64,000 bases of DNA from Atractiella rhizophila (taxonomy: Eukaryota), in assembly GCA_021432655.1 (NCBI GenBank), contig MU271256.1:1-64000 (forward strand). The letters are read 5' to 3'. Position numbers and translations under genes: made by a program. Positions within the stretch are counted from its first letter, which is position 1. The number at the start of each line of letters is the position of its first letter. Below the pieces are notes generated by a model. That model made no database searches. It saw nothing but the letters and a program-made list of their open reading frames with translations, and was not told the DNA's origin. This document shows positions 51,229 through 64,000 of this stretch, piece by piece.

Positions 51229-52447
51229 AATGTTGCCCGTCGTGTCATCTGCTGTCGAAGCGAAGCTATAAATGGAGTCGCCAAACCTGCTGCTAGGTCG
51301 TCTGCAGTGCCAACTTGTGTGTATGTTATGTCATTATTTCCTATATATTCCCGTTCCTTGCGTGTTCTGCCACGCATATAACTACATTTATATGCTGAAT
51401 ACCTTCTTAAAGACTGCATGACGACAAAAGCAACTAGAGAGTCATTCAACTGCCGACTTTCTTCATTTCTTGACGAAGGAAAGTATGCTTGATCGTTTTT
51501 TTAATGAAGGTTCCTCTACATGCTGCTAAACCCAGACGATCAGAAACCTTGCAAAGGACGCAGCTCATTTGGGCTGGTATACCGTCTAAATATGTATCCT
51601 CAGATTGAAAGAACGAACATCTGGATGGAACGCCTTACAATGATCAACCCGCCTTCTGGCAGGAAGCAGAAAGAAAAGGCGCTGTTATCCTCTAAATTTT
51701 GATGAGTAGGTCCTTGACGGTTCTGTATGGTGAGCCTCACTGTAAGAAGGGGGGCGAGCTGCGAAGAAGCCTCCTTTCTGGCGTATCATGACAGCCCAGT
51801 CTCCTGGGTAGCTGTCCTTGTACTGCTGCCCCAATTTTTTGACTATCTTTCTTCCAATCATCGGATCAAGACCAGGAGTCTGCAAGGCAAAGTTCATCGG
51901 TCCAACCTGGCCAATTCACTTCAATCGGACTAACTCACTTCTTCGCTTCTCATTTCATCTAACACTTCCTTTACAAGGTGAACTATCTCCAAATGTCTCT
52001 CCTTTTCCATATCCGTGGGCCTTTTGACTTCCTAATTAGGCAAATCAGAAGAGTGACGTCTGATCAAATATATGATTACATATTCCATGGTAGATCACCA
52101 CAACGTTCTGACGCCGATGATAGATGTCGAGAGCCAATACAGTGATGACTGGTGCCGGTGGGGAGTGGCAAGACCTCCAAGGAGTTAAAGTGCCCTAAAT
52201 CAATACATAAGGTTTCGGTTAGTCGGAAGGCGGCTCCCATCATGTGATCAACAGCACAGTTGTTCCCCTTACCAAAACAACGACTTACTTCTACTAGTAC
52301 CATAACATTATAAGGGGATTGTTGGGGGCCTTTTTCTTTACACATTACACGTATACTTCGCTTAGTTAACCCATTCATGGCCAATTTCACCTCGTAAACC
52401 GTGTTTCTTTTCAATAATGTGATATCCCCCAGAATGTAGAGCTACGT

Positions 52448-52488
52448 TGACTATAGTCTGACAGCTCTGAAATATGATCACAACAACA
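52448..52488. repeat. Left arm of a 41-bp inverted repeat (partner 57868-57908)
   Basis: tgactatagtctgacagctctgaaatatgatcacaacaaca; 39/41 identical to the reverse complement of the partner. Confidence 0.85.
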
Positions 52489-53281
52489 ACAACAACGACA
52501 ACAAAACAACGACGATATCCACATCCCTCCCCTTTTGTCCTCCGTCCATGCTTGCATTCTTCCCTCAAAACCGAATCAGCACGCATAACGCACATGTACG
52601 ATAGAATAAGAAGGTAAGTACCATAACATGGTAAACAAAAGAAGGAAGGGGAAGGGAATGGGAAAAGCGGCGAGGGTAGTACCTAGCGCTAAAGACTTAA
52701 GCAAGAGGGGTACACAGTGTGTGTTCCTTGCGTGACGGTCTGGAAAGGAACAATGCTGTCAGACCATTTTCACAGGTATAACAGGTCTGGAGGCTGCCTT
52801 GGTTGACGGGATTAACATACGTTATCTCACATCTCCGTTCTGATTCTTTCCTCTCGCATTATAGAGTCTGTCCTTCTATTCCTCCTTCAAAGCTGAGGCA
52901 TCAGAGGCTACAATGAAAATGCTTGAATGCTAGCCGGGTCTCACCTCATTAGCTGCTTCTTAAATGTTCGACAGGTGGGGAAACCTCATATACCCCTTTC
53001 TAGCCTGTTCAATAGTCTCAGATAATCCCTCCTTTAGGTACAAGCTCAGCAGGCACGATATGATACCGAGGTCGGCTGTGACTTCAGAGCAGAAGGCGCA
53101 GATGGATGAGGCACTCAAGTTTCAATACTACATACTACCAAGGCTTGTTCTGGGGGTGCACCATCTCTTCCTCCGCCTCCAAGACAGGACAACATTATCA
53201 ATAGTGATGACATGGATTGGCAGAATAGAGCGGAAAAAATCTGGACCGGTGAACTTGTCCGTTTGCTCGCGAGTAAAAGAG

Positions 53282-55092
53282 TTAGACAAGAATGTACAAA
53301 CCAGAAAGGCCACAACCCATTGGGGTAAACAGACCCAAAAAGGCATTGAGTTTTTTCTTCATGATGTACCTTGTCTTTTTCTGCTTGACTTGGGATAGCT
53401 CCGCTTTCATACCTACTAATTTCCTTTCCACGTCAGATAGACGATGCTGCAGCTCTGCAAGCTCTTCATTTCTCTCCTCCAAAAGGGACGTAAACTTCCC
53501 CATTCTAAACTCAATATGCTCTGTGAGACAGGTCATTAGAGGTTTATCCAAATAGGGATTTGTAGCTGACGACACACCAAACACATTTTCATATCCCTTC
53601 TGACTGAAACTATTAGACTGCATGCTTTCAAATTGCTGGCTCACAGTGAAATAGTAAGTTGACTGCATGGATTGAACCATTCACGACAAACTATCCCCCC
53701 CTGCCAAGGCATCTGCAAGTCTTTCATCAAGGCAGATGAAATATTCTGCCTTCTTGTTTATCAAAGGAAAACAGACGAAAAGGAACTTACTTTACAAGTA
53801 CTTCTCCTTCCAGTGTCCCATAGAAAACTCATCCAAGGCTCTTCCGGTGAGACATCCGAGGTATGCTCACCTCCCTCAATTTCGCCTCCCCACGGCCCTA
53901 CCGCGACCCACAGAGTTCCGATGCGATTTTGGTCCTCTGCCAAAGTACGTTGCATTTCCTCTAGGTCCTGAAGTAAGTTCGTGGGCACCGCTTCCGCTGG
54001 TGACGGTGTTGACGAAGGTGGTAGCGAGAGAAGAGGCGAAAGTCGTGATATTAGATGGAGCGGCCGGATGGTGAGGGCTTGCGATTGCGTCTGAAGTTTT
54101 AAGAGTTTCGGCGATAGCTCTAGTGTCTGGTGTTTTAAAAGGTTCTGCAGCAGTGTAGATAGTTCCTAAAGAGGCATAATGAGTATTGTGTACCTTGTTC
54201 ACCAGTCGAGGGGATTCGTGGCTGCAGAAATCGTGAACACAGCCGGCACTGCTGACACGGATAGGGATGTCCCAAACCAGGACCACTCCTTCATGGAAAC
54301 AAGGAGAACATTGATTAGATGATCTTCGCACTAGGACCATCCTATCCACCCCCTTCCAGGCAAGGGACGGGACATACCACAACCTTTCCCAGATTGCTTT
54401 CGCCATCCCATCCTGAACCAATGCTCTTTCTTCCAAGTATCCCATCCCTTTGCAAGAGCCGGCGCACCTGATTCGGATTTCCCTCTCCTTGCTCTATTCC
54501 GCTCCGCCTCACAAAGCTGGTTTCGACGGGTAGAGCTTCGCATGATGTTGAGGGGGAAGAATGTTGTAGAACCACGCGTGAAAGCTGCTGGAGGGAGAAT
54601 AAGGTCCCATGCATTCTTCAGCGCTAGAATTTACCGTCCGATTGGCACTTGGGAGCAGAGTGAGGCAAGGGTGAAGGTAGTGTTGTAGACGCGCTTGAAT
54701 GCGCCAGTGCTGTAGCAGCCGACGTATATGCACCCAGGGTAGATCCGAGCGTCGGGGTAGTCGTATTGGCGGAGGGGCCGAAAAAAATTAGGCAATGGCT
54801 GCTGCCGTTGTCGTTGATGCAGTAGCCATTGTCGTTGCAGGCGGAACGAGAAGCTAGGAATGACGCTCGCTGCAGTTGTCCTAGTCGTCGCTGGCGTTGT
54901 AGAAGAAAATAGTGATCCACTACTTGTGCCTCGTCGCCTGTTCCAGTCCCTGTGCCGCTGCCTGCTGAGAAAGAAGAGAATAGAGCAGAGCGTCCAAGGG
55001 GAGATGAGTCTCAAATGGATTCGGGTTTGAAGTAGGAGTCGCCGTGGAGCCAAAAAGAGTGGACATCTCTGCTTCTTGGCTGGTTTGTTCAC
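53282..55092 (-). other. Fragmented hypothetical gene(s) divergent from the kinase, with a coiled-coil segment
   Basis: ORFs 54631..55092, 53876..54445 and 53282..53680 (LLEERNEELAELQHRLSDVERKL); structure unresolved. Confidence 0.3.
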
Positions 55093-55231
55093 CTGAAGGG
55101 CATCATGACTCTTGGTTTACCTGAAATGGAAGTAGCGACAACAATCTACAAAGACGAAGGATCGAGCGTCGCTGACCTGCTAGGAGACTGTTTCGAGGCC
55201 ACGAACACATCAGTCCACCGAGTTTCTCAAC

Positions 55232-57511
55232 ATGAGTTCTCCTCCCACTCCTCCTCAATCGAGTCTGGCGCCGGCTTCAGATCAACCAAAAATAACACCG
55301 CGACGTACCACTAGTCGCGCCAGTTTTCAGAGTCAAACTTCCCAGAACGAAGCAGCGAACGAAGCAAAACTTTGCGCCGCTCGAGAGATGAAGGGACGCT
55401 TTGCCTACATCGATGTCGAAGAGTTGTTGAACTTGCTACCGCCTTGCCCTTTACGGCCTCAACCAACAGTCCCTCCAACCCTTTCCGACAATGAGAATTT
55501 CGAGCACTACAACCCTTTTGTGAGCATTCTTCCATTATCACGGCTGAGTATTTATGCAGCTTTCATTTTAGATCGTCTACATGTCTTCATTTGTGCGGGA
55601 TTGGAAGCTAGCGAACACGAGTCAGTCTAACCTCGGCTGGTGCTTTGCGCCGGTATTTGGGTCTGATCGTGGTAAACCGGATGTCACTCTTTACGATCCG
55701 TCATCTGAAATCGAGCAGAGCGATGAGGGTACCAAGGGTTATAAGGCAGACATGGCACTGGCTGAATTGTTTGGGGAATTCAAAGTCAAAAAGGAAAGCG
55801 ATCCTTTAGAAGACACGGTCGACGTGAAAACGCACGCGAGAGGCATCGTAGAGGCGGAGGGCCAGGCGGGACAAAAGACACGCGGCCAGATCATCATCTA
55901 TAGCACGATGATCCTATCAAGTCAACAACGAACTCGTGTTTTCTCGTTTTACGTGCGAGGTCGCCACGCTAGATTGATATGTCACTCACGAGCTGGGTTT
56001 CAAGTTACGCGTTCTTTCGATTACTCGAAGGAACCCTACCTCCAAGAGTTCTTCTGGAGATATACGAATGCGAGCCGAGAGGCTCGTGGACATGACGTGA
56101 CATTCGTCCTCGCCCCAAACGGTCCAGTGTCTGACCGCGCTCGGGAAGTGTTGAAGCTTAGCCGGAATGCACCTCTCTTTACGGTTTCAGTCGGAATGAC
56201 AGGCGCCGAAGCTACAAAAGCTAGACAGTTTTACGTTTCAACACCGTTTACGTATCGACATAACATCCCAATCGGTCGCGGAACGAGATGCTTTCGAGCA
56301 TTTGATCCAGAGGGAGCCACTGAGGAAGAACAGCAAGTTTTCTTGAAAGATACGTGGCGCAACGTCGGATACGCTAAGGCGGAAGGGGAAATCTACGAGC
56401 TGTTGAAAGAGAAAGGAGTACCGCACGTTCTTAAACCCGTCGCTCATGGTGATGTCCCGGGAATGCTGCAGCTCGCTTCTGCAGGGAAGAAGTCTCTCCG
56501 TCATTATCGATTGGTTTTGGACAAGGTCGTCCGTCCGCTGTGGGAGTTTCCATCCACGAAGTGCTTGGTTCAGACTCTAGCTGATGCTCTCGAAGGTATG
56601 TAAATTTCCTGACAACTGTGAGCTGTCATTCATCCAACTGCTTCAGCTCATCAGAAAGCCTTCGATTCCTCCAATGGTCAGGCTTCGATCCTTCACAGAG
56701 ACATATCAGAAGGTAATATTCTCTTTGACGACAACGGACGCGGTTTCCTTGGTGATTGGGAGTTAGCTAGGGTGGGGGAGGGTACGTCTGAGGCGAATGA
56801 GCGAACTGTAAGCGCTGATATCTAATGCGAATGTCATTGTTGACTGTTCATTAGGGTACAGAGGAATTCATGTCCCTACGTCTCCTAGAGAGCATGGTGC
56901 ATGATTCACCTGTGGAACATGAAGTGCAGGACGATATGGAGTCTATAGTCTATGTTCTTTTGTGGACGGCCGCTTCCTACGCAGCCAGCAAGATGACCCC
57001 CGACGAACGGGGACGTTTCCTCTCAAACTTTGATAGAGTGCCACATAACGAACTTTCCGCGTCGATCAAGGCGAGAAGGACGGTGATTGGATCACAGAGG
57101 ACTGTGGACGATCTCGAACTCACCACCGCACCGGCATTCAAGGACGTCCTGGAGGAGGTGATGACTACCTTGAGACAGTCCGTTCTTGGATTGAACAAAG
57201 CGGAGAGTCGTTTGATCAGGAGCGACTTAGAGTTGGCACATGGAAGGGGTCAACTCACGAAGGAGGCATTGGAGGCCCTGGCGAAGATGGATGAAAGGAG
57301 ACTGCGCGCTCAGATGGTGACGCACGACTGCTTACGCAAGATATTGAAGGACGCGCTCAAGTCCGGAGACTGGGGAGATGAGAAGGATGGGACTCAGGAT
57401 CACGAGGTCAGGCGTCCTGGCGAAAGTGCGCGAAAGAGGAAGGGAAAGGAGTTACCATCCAGTCAGGCCAAAAAATTGAAAGGACATGGAAGCGGGAGCA
57501 TTGTGAAGTAA
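55232..57511 (+). CDS. FunK1 fungal protein kinase (Pkinase_fungal) with N-terminal PD-(D/E)xK-like region; exons 55232-55519, 55572-56595, 56647-56807, 56855-57511
   Basis: KPDV..EFK, RGQI..Y, GRGTRCF, FLKDTWR, HYRLV, LHRDISEGNIL, GDWELA, TGTEEFMS, DDMES; three in-phase GT-AG introns, no stops. Confidence 0.92.
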
Positions 57512-57867
57512 AGTTAACTAGTGTACTCAATTTGAAAGTCCAACCTGAAAGATCATGACTCCAAGTGAACGTATCATGTCCGATGATTGAAAGTGTTGTG
57601 GTTGTGGTTGTAATCATATCAGATCGCCATCAGACTATTTTGGGGAACGGATCAATGAGAAAGGATGAAGGCTGGATCCGCTTGCAGAAGACATAAAGCA
57701 TTTCTAACTAGACGTTGCTCTAGTGTTGTAGAAATGATCCCTGGAAAAATTCAGCATGGAACATTTAAAACCTTGACAACATATGCTGCGACGAGTGGGT
57801 TACTAAGTGGCGATTGTTAGATTGTGAAATAATGAGTAAATGGAAGGTTGCGCCAACGTAAAGTTGC

Positions 57868-57908
57868 TGTTGTTGTGATCATATTAGAGAGCTGTCAGAC
57901 TATAGTCA
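57868..57908. repeat. Right arm of the 41-bp inverted repeat (weaker copy at ~57595-57638)
   Basis: Reverse complement of 52448-52488. Confidence 0.85.
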
Positions 57909-57911
57909 GCA

Positions 57912-60900
57912 CCCATGGGCAAACTGGTCGCCCCGAGGGTTTTGCGCAGGCGGCCGTAGGCCACGCGCTCAAAAGGGTTTTGCGCTCAATTTCGGGGAGA
58001 TTTGCGCCGCATCGGGCTGCAAACATAAAAGTGGTCGCCATCGAATATTATGGAATGCAAAAACGTAGTAATGATTAATGCTTCATCATGGACATAATTT
58101 AGGCTGATCCAGTGTCTATGAAAAGGAATGTGTCTGTCTCTGAAGCAAAAAAAAAAAAATAAATAAAGATATGGGTATGTTGAAACTTGAAATGTGATCG
58201 CACTTTCCGACATCAATACCCAATGTGTTTTCCTGTTAAGTCGCTTGAACGCAACGTATATGATGCTGTTGTTGCCCTGTATAACATGTAATAACGACGA
58301 GTGAACATTAAAAAAGCGGAGGACAAAACACACACCTCATATACATCAAAAAATGCAATTCCACATTGCTTCGCCATTATCCATCGTATTTTAGACCTGA
58401 GTAGCGCGAATGGGAGGCCTGAGATGTAGCTTCAACGACGTATAATGTGTATTGAGAACGAGCGAATATTAAAAAAAGCGGAGGACAAAACACGCACCTC
58501 ATATACATCAAAAACGCAATTCCTCATTGCTTCGCTATTATCCATTGTATTTTAGACGTGAGGGCGAGGAGCGATGGGCTTGGGGGCTAGATATTACTAC
58601 GTATAATGCGTAATAAGAGTGAGCAAACATCAAAAAAAAGCAAAGGAAAAAATACACACCCTATATATGTCAAACATATGATTCCATATTACTTCGCCAT
58701 TATCCATCGTATCTCAGGCGTGAGTACATCGAATGCGAGGCCTGAGAGCTAGCTATCACGATGTATAAGGATTATTAGCATTGAGGGGATATTTAACAAA
58801 GCAGAGCATCAACTCACATTATATTTACATTGTCTAACTCCGCAACAGTGCATTCAGTCCTCTTGCAACTGCAGCTGTAATTGATCAAATAAAAAGCTCA
58901 AAATTTGCCTTTGCTTTAGAATAGTTGACGTGATCTTTATAAAAATTTCAAAAGTGGAGGCTAGCGCATTATTTGTCCCAGACTGAAAATCACAAAAGAT
59001 ATCCATTCGCATCTGACTACTCACTAAGTGAACCACTACTTTCTCTTCCCTGCTTCAATATGCAACCTTTCTTTTGTCAAAACCCAGTCCATCTTTTCCT
59101 CTACCCATGTCATTGCCATAAAAACTCACATGTTGACCATCTCCACCGATTGATCAACAGCTGGCACTTTCCCATCCTTGATATCTGTGAAAAACTTCTT
59201 TACCACATTCTCATCTATGCTCCACTTCCCCAACATATTCTTGCAGAGTGGGACATTGTGTAAGTTGGTCTTGGGCAGTGGGTATGGAACTTTGGACCAA
59301 TGCATAAAGTTGTCGTCACAGATATCGTGCTTGTGGTTATTTGTATTCTTCTCACCATACCCATCCTTTTGCTTCTTGCATCGACCACAAGTCTTTACAG
59401 CTCCAAAGTTGCCCTTCTTTGTTGGCTTCATGTATGTCACTTTCACTGGTGGAGGGAGTGTTGTTTGTAGTTTCCAGAATGGTTTGATGGCTGCTCAACA
59501 CTATTAGTAAATTCCTTTGCTTGTCAATAAAAGCGTTCAAACTCACAGTCTCCTCTGGCTACTCTCTGAATACGACTAGCAACCTCCTTCTCGATTGCAA
59601 ATAAACCGTTTTTGAGCACCAAACCATCGCGAATGATTTTGTCTCTCGGAACACCCTTCTGTGCATTGTAATACGCAGGGTTCAAGATAAGCTGGGGGTT
59701 ATTATAGTTCACAGCAAACAACTTCAGCTGCTTCTCCGTCATTAAAGAAGTAGCTTTGAACTGGAGTCGGCAGGCTGCAAGCTTCCAGAAAGCATCAGAG
59801 TACATTTGAATTGTACTCTTCTCCTGATAATCTGCAAACGAAGTGCCTGTTGCTGAAGTAAAGGTCTGTGACATTCGAGATTGGGCAACATTCGTAGGCA
59901 GAGGAACTGGTGATGTTTGTGCTTCCACATCCATACTTGTGGAAGATGGGGACTGTTCGATTTTATAAAGTTCCAAAAAGAAGGTAGCGGAAGTGGCTTG
60001 ATATTTAGCTCCAAAAGTTCTCGATTTAGATGAGGGCGTTTGGAGGAGATGGCGAGCGTAGTAGTGGCATCATCCTCACTATCCAATTGAGTCGCCATGC
60101 GCTTTTCTATGAACTGTTCGCAGAATGTTGTAAAGGAGTGTTCTCGGGTTTCTATAACAGCTCAATATGAATATATTCTCATGTTGAGAAGACTGGGAAA
60201 GAGAAGACTTATGGCCTTCGGAAACACTTCCATTTCAACATCATAGTCCACAGGAAGCTCACGATTCATGACAACCGTTCCATTCATAACAGCCATAACA
60301 ATCACTTCGGGGTGTTCGATATCATCTGGTTTGAGAGTTTGGAGGAGCTCCTTTCGCTTCGCTTTATAGCGATCTAGGTCAACTCCTGTAAATCTAAACT
60401 CATGGAATATCAATAAATGTACTACTCCCAGTAGCATATACAGAAAACATACTGCTTTTCACGCTTGACCAATCCAAACTCGTGCTTCGAAAAGACGTCC
60501 AGCAGTTTAGGCTGGCTTAAAGAGTATAAGATTTCTTCCAGTCGAAGATTCCGATCCGCAAGAAAGATGTGTTGGGTACCAGCCTCAATAACCTTCTTCC
60601 GAAATGCTCGTGATGGTTAGTCAGCTGGCTGAGAGCGGTTCTTAATTTTGACAAGGAGGTTTTTGCGTAAGAAGATATCGGGAAGGACACTCAGAACAGT
60701 TGTAAGAGAAGAAACCGATCCACGAAATGGCTCGCCAGCTGCATTATGCCAGTTTTCATTATTTGATGTCGTAAACGGGAGTTGCTGATGCTTTGGAATA
60801 AGGCATCCCTTCGCAATGTGGCCTTTTTGAAGCTCGAATGTGGCATAGCACTTGTTCCAAAGATCAGGATTCTTCTTGAACTTGTCTTCAACTTTCGTAA

Positions 60901-61140
60901 GCCGCTCCAAGCTTTCTTCAACTGAATAATAGTCAGCAACCCCACCATGCAAGTCTGCCTTCTTCTTCAAGATTGCGTCTCGAAATGCCACAACGAAATC
61001 TGCTCGTGCCGGATTGATATGAGGAAATGTTTCAAAGACACGCATTTCGAGATGAGCTAGATCCTGACCAATCCAGCATCTGCTGTCAAACTTGTGAGCC
61101 AATACCATTTCCCTGGTATCACCCCAGCCTCCCACACATC
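57912..61140 (-). mobile_element. Unclassified DDE-like DNA transposon, 3' half (Mutator-like DxxH and TSxxExWH motifs)
   Basis: QDLAH..FRDAIL..HIAKGCL..TTSNNENWH; C-terminal TCGRC..NHKHDIC; subterminal array; putative terminus at ~57912. Confidence 0.6.
58240..58790. repeat. Three to four ~160-180-bp tandem units
   Basis: aaaaaagcggaggacaaaacac.cacctcatatacatcaaaa...cttcgc.attatccat.gtat recurs at ~58310, 58470 and 58635. Confidence 0.85.
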
Positions 61141-61319
61141 CAATCCAGATCTTGAAACTCTGATCCTTTTTGATAATGCTCTCAAGAATTTACGTAGAAT
61201 TTACGTAATTTCCAAGCCTGTTCTGACTTGTCCACTTTCAAGGCTACACACAACTCACCATTATTAAAGGAGCTGCTCGTCTTACGGGCTGGACAAGTTC
61301 ACACAACCGTGATCCTACA

Positions 61320-62150
61320 CAAATGATCATTGACAATCCCATCATCTGCCATGCTCAGAGAGATGCCTTGTCACATCCCTACAGCGAAGGCATACTTGCC
61401 TCTTACTCCTCTGCCCTTCCGAAATACATCGAATTTTGTGATAAAATGTGTGTCCCACCTTCAGATCGTTTCCCTGCCACAGCACCTTTGGTATGCAGCT
61501 TTTTATTTGGTGCTCTTTACCTATGAATGGCGTCCACCCTGATCTTGCCCCATCACAATCTATCTCCATCAATACAGCAGAGCATTAGGTCTCTGGCCTC
61601 AAGGCCTGGCATCTCCTTAATGGCTTTCCTTGGATATGGGAAAACAGGCCAGATGAGCTCACTCTCTATTGCAAAGGCATTGCCGTCGTGAGGGAACAGA
61701 CCAGATAAAGCCGAGATATTTCCAAGTTTGCAAAAAATCGTAAGCCTTTGTGGAAGAGATGGGAACTCCTAATACATGAAGGACAGAGAGGACATTGTCT
61801 GCCTCAAACCACGCATTTTGAGACCGAGAGCGAATTAGGAAATTATCTCTACCCAATGAAAACCTTTGGGAAAACCTAGACCATGAAGGATGTCTATCCA
61901 GCATCTGTTGAAAGTGGTATACATGCCTGGACAGGATGTGCAGCCGAAGCTGGCTTATTGTCAAAATCTTTGAAGCAACACCAACACCGAGAAGAAGCAT
62001 CCGTGCTGAAAGTTCGAAAGGCATCCTCAACATCAAGAACTAGGATCTCAGCATCGTTTAACCCTATCTCTATTGTCGACGAGGCTGGCTCGCCTGACAA
62101 ATATCGACTTGTGGTAGACTTCTCCCGCAAAGTCAAGAAACCTTGCCACC
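61320..62150. mobile_element. DIRS/Ngaro-type tyrosine-recombinase retrotransposon fragments in mixed orientation
   Basis: Plus: YSSALPKYIEFCD..RFPA, SGLKAWHLLNGFPW (YR N-terminus). Minus: LDVEDAFR, LGVP..K..F..KYLGFIW (RT). Plus: PDKYRLVVDFS (RT N-terminus). Confidence 0.7.
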
Positions 62151-63164
62151 TCCTTTGAGATTTTGTCGGGCTCAGTCCAGTTTGTTATGAGGCAATACAA
62201 GCATTCAACAATTTCCACTTTCAGGTAAAACAAAGTGACGGTACAAGTTATTTGCAGTCAAAACATGAAAGGCGTGGAAACGACGAACATAAACATATCT
62301 GGACATGGAGTTGATGACGTGCATGCCAGTAACGGTTGGAATCCTACCTAGCAGAGATGGTTACCATCAGGCAAGATGTGAAGAGATTTGTACGCCTCCT
62401 CCCTTTGCTGCTCACAGACCTTCTGGATGCCTCAATGAGACTAACAATGAGGCTGAAGAAACCAATCAACGTGCAAAGTCGAATTGAGGAAATATGACAC
62501 CCTGAGAGCTCACGCAACAGCGAGAGGGGTCGCAGAAACTGATCAGATTGCTGTTCGCCATGCCGTTCTCATCGCGAAGTTACTCTCTTGATCAAAACAG
62601 CGGATAACCTCCTTTACGACTCTAAAGTATGGCCGAACAAGCAAAAATTCCCCGGATATCATTCCAGCTAGGTGTCTCTCAGCGATGAGAATGTGCGAAT
62701 CCTTCTATTACGGACTTGACACACAACAGCCATACAACTTAGTGGGAGAACACCGCTCACCGACAAGACATAGAGATGGATTTCCGCTCTGTCATCCAAG
62801 GCACCCAATGCTAGAATAACAAAACACTCAGTCCCACTTCGAATTCGTTGTAAACTTGCTGACGAGGTGGGCTAGTCAGGTCGCACTTTAGCTGTATCGC
62901 AGCGGAACTGGGGGTAGTGGATGCTTGAACCTTTAGGTTTTGGGTTCTTTGGCTATGAGAGCTGAAAAAAGTGGCTTGTGGCCAAAGTTCAAATGAGGAA
63001 GGTATAAGAGATTAAAAGCACCGTCCTATCCCCAAACACTCTGTGAGAACTGTCAGATCCAGCAAGGAGAAGAAACAAACATAGTGTATATCAACCATCT
63101 CCACTATCCACTACAATTCTGGAAAGTAAAAATCAATCAGTTCCTTCCAAGAGGTACGTCCGGG

Positions 63165-63400
63165 CCCGTCCGGCAAACTGGTCGCCCAAGGAAGTCGGAG
63201 TTGGTTGGCGATAAAACTGGCTACCAGTTTTGACCTGCTTTTTGGCTGCAAATTTTCTCAAAAATTGAAGCGCAAAACAATTTTTCGCTTACGCAAACCC
63301 CCTGGAGGCAGCAGACCCATCGCCCAAGGAGTCGGAGAATGTCGGGGTTAAAACTGGTCGAAAACTGGTCGACCAGTTTGTGCTGCGGGGAAACTGGTCG
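63165..63400 (+). mobile_element. Probable terminus of an element related to the one ending at 57912
   Basis: GGCAAACTGGTCGCCC shared with 57918-57933; aaactggtcg repeated at 63351, 63362 and 63391. Confidence 0.5.
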
Positions 63401-64000
63401 ATGTCGCGCGCACCACGTGTCCGAGGCCACAAACACGGTCAAATCTTCCTTCAAAAGAAGAGAAGAGTTCTCAGAAGAAAGCATGAATGGAATGAGGAAA
63501 AGAAGGAAGAAGGACGGACCCACAAACCCTAAGCAAAGGCGGAGGAAAGGACTGGTGTAGTTGTGCAAGTCCTTTCCTCCTTCTTCCATCTACCCATCCA
63601 CCACGCTTTCCTTCCCCATCTTCTCATCCACCTAGCTTCATCCGACATCCTCTATTCTCTGATCTGTGAGTGTGCTTCTGCAGCACGGCAAAAAGGTGCG
63701 CCTCTCTTGTTATGTCCCATTTCTTTCCTCTTTGCATGAATGTTGTACTAACAATTATCTCCCAGTATTTTCTGTTTCTGCTTGCTTCTCACCTTCCGTC
63801 CACCAACTTCCACGGCCACTGCTCTCTTGTGCCCCGCCCCTCCTCATCACATCCACTCTATCCCACCCTTCACGCCTTCTCCCAGCAGAGTACCAGCTCA
63901 TTGGACCTTATTCAATCGCCATGTCTGCGCTTTCCTCCAACATCTTCGATCCCCCTGTCGTGAAGGCACTGTGCAAACAGGTGCTAGAGACCCACACTCG

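Noticed and set aside
61320..61660. Starship-type captain recombinase
   Set aside because: The motifs and adjacent RT fragments fit a DIRS/Ngaro YR; the fragment is short and broken
57918..63187. 16-mer pair as the TIRs of a single element
   Set aside because: The two copies are in direct, not inverted, orientation

Overview
Fungal genomic DNA (short ~45-55 nt GT-AG introns; gene families typical of basidiomycetes) from a transposon-dense accessory region. Mobile DNA includes: two inversely oriented, identically deleted Helitrons with precise A|TC...CTTG|T ends (8628-12999 minus, 35805-39884 plus), each carrying a tRNA-like Pol III cassette; further Helitron end fragments; a complete 1.2-kb gag-only LTR element; copia and gypsy remnants; several solo LTRs and ~97-bp TG..CA inserts with TSDs; a complete hAT element (16-bp TIRs, 8-bp TSD); older hAT and IS630/Tc1-like pseudogenes; a LINE 3' end; scrambled DIRS/Ngaro fragments; and an unclassified DDE-like element with subterminal arrays. 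Between them lie host-type genes: an F-box/LRR-like gene, a small RRM gene with a candidate 1-nt exon, a Puf4/Mpt5-like PUF with altered recognition residues, a DUF1752/DUF3295-like gene, and an intact FunK1 kinase with a PD-(D/E)xK-like N-terminus. The kinase lies inside a 41-bp inverted-repeat-bounded 5.46-kb block. All family assignments are from manual motif recognition, not database searches.
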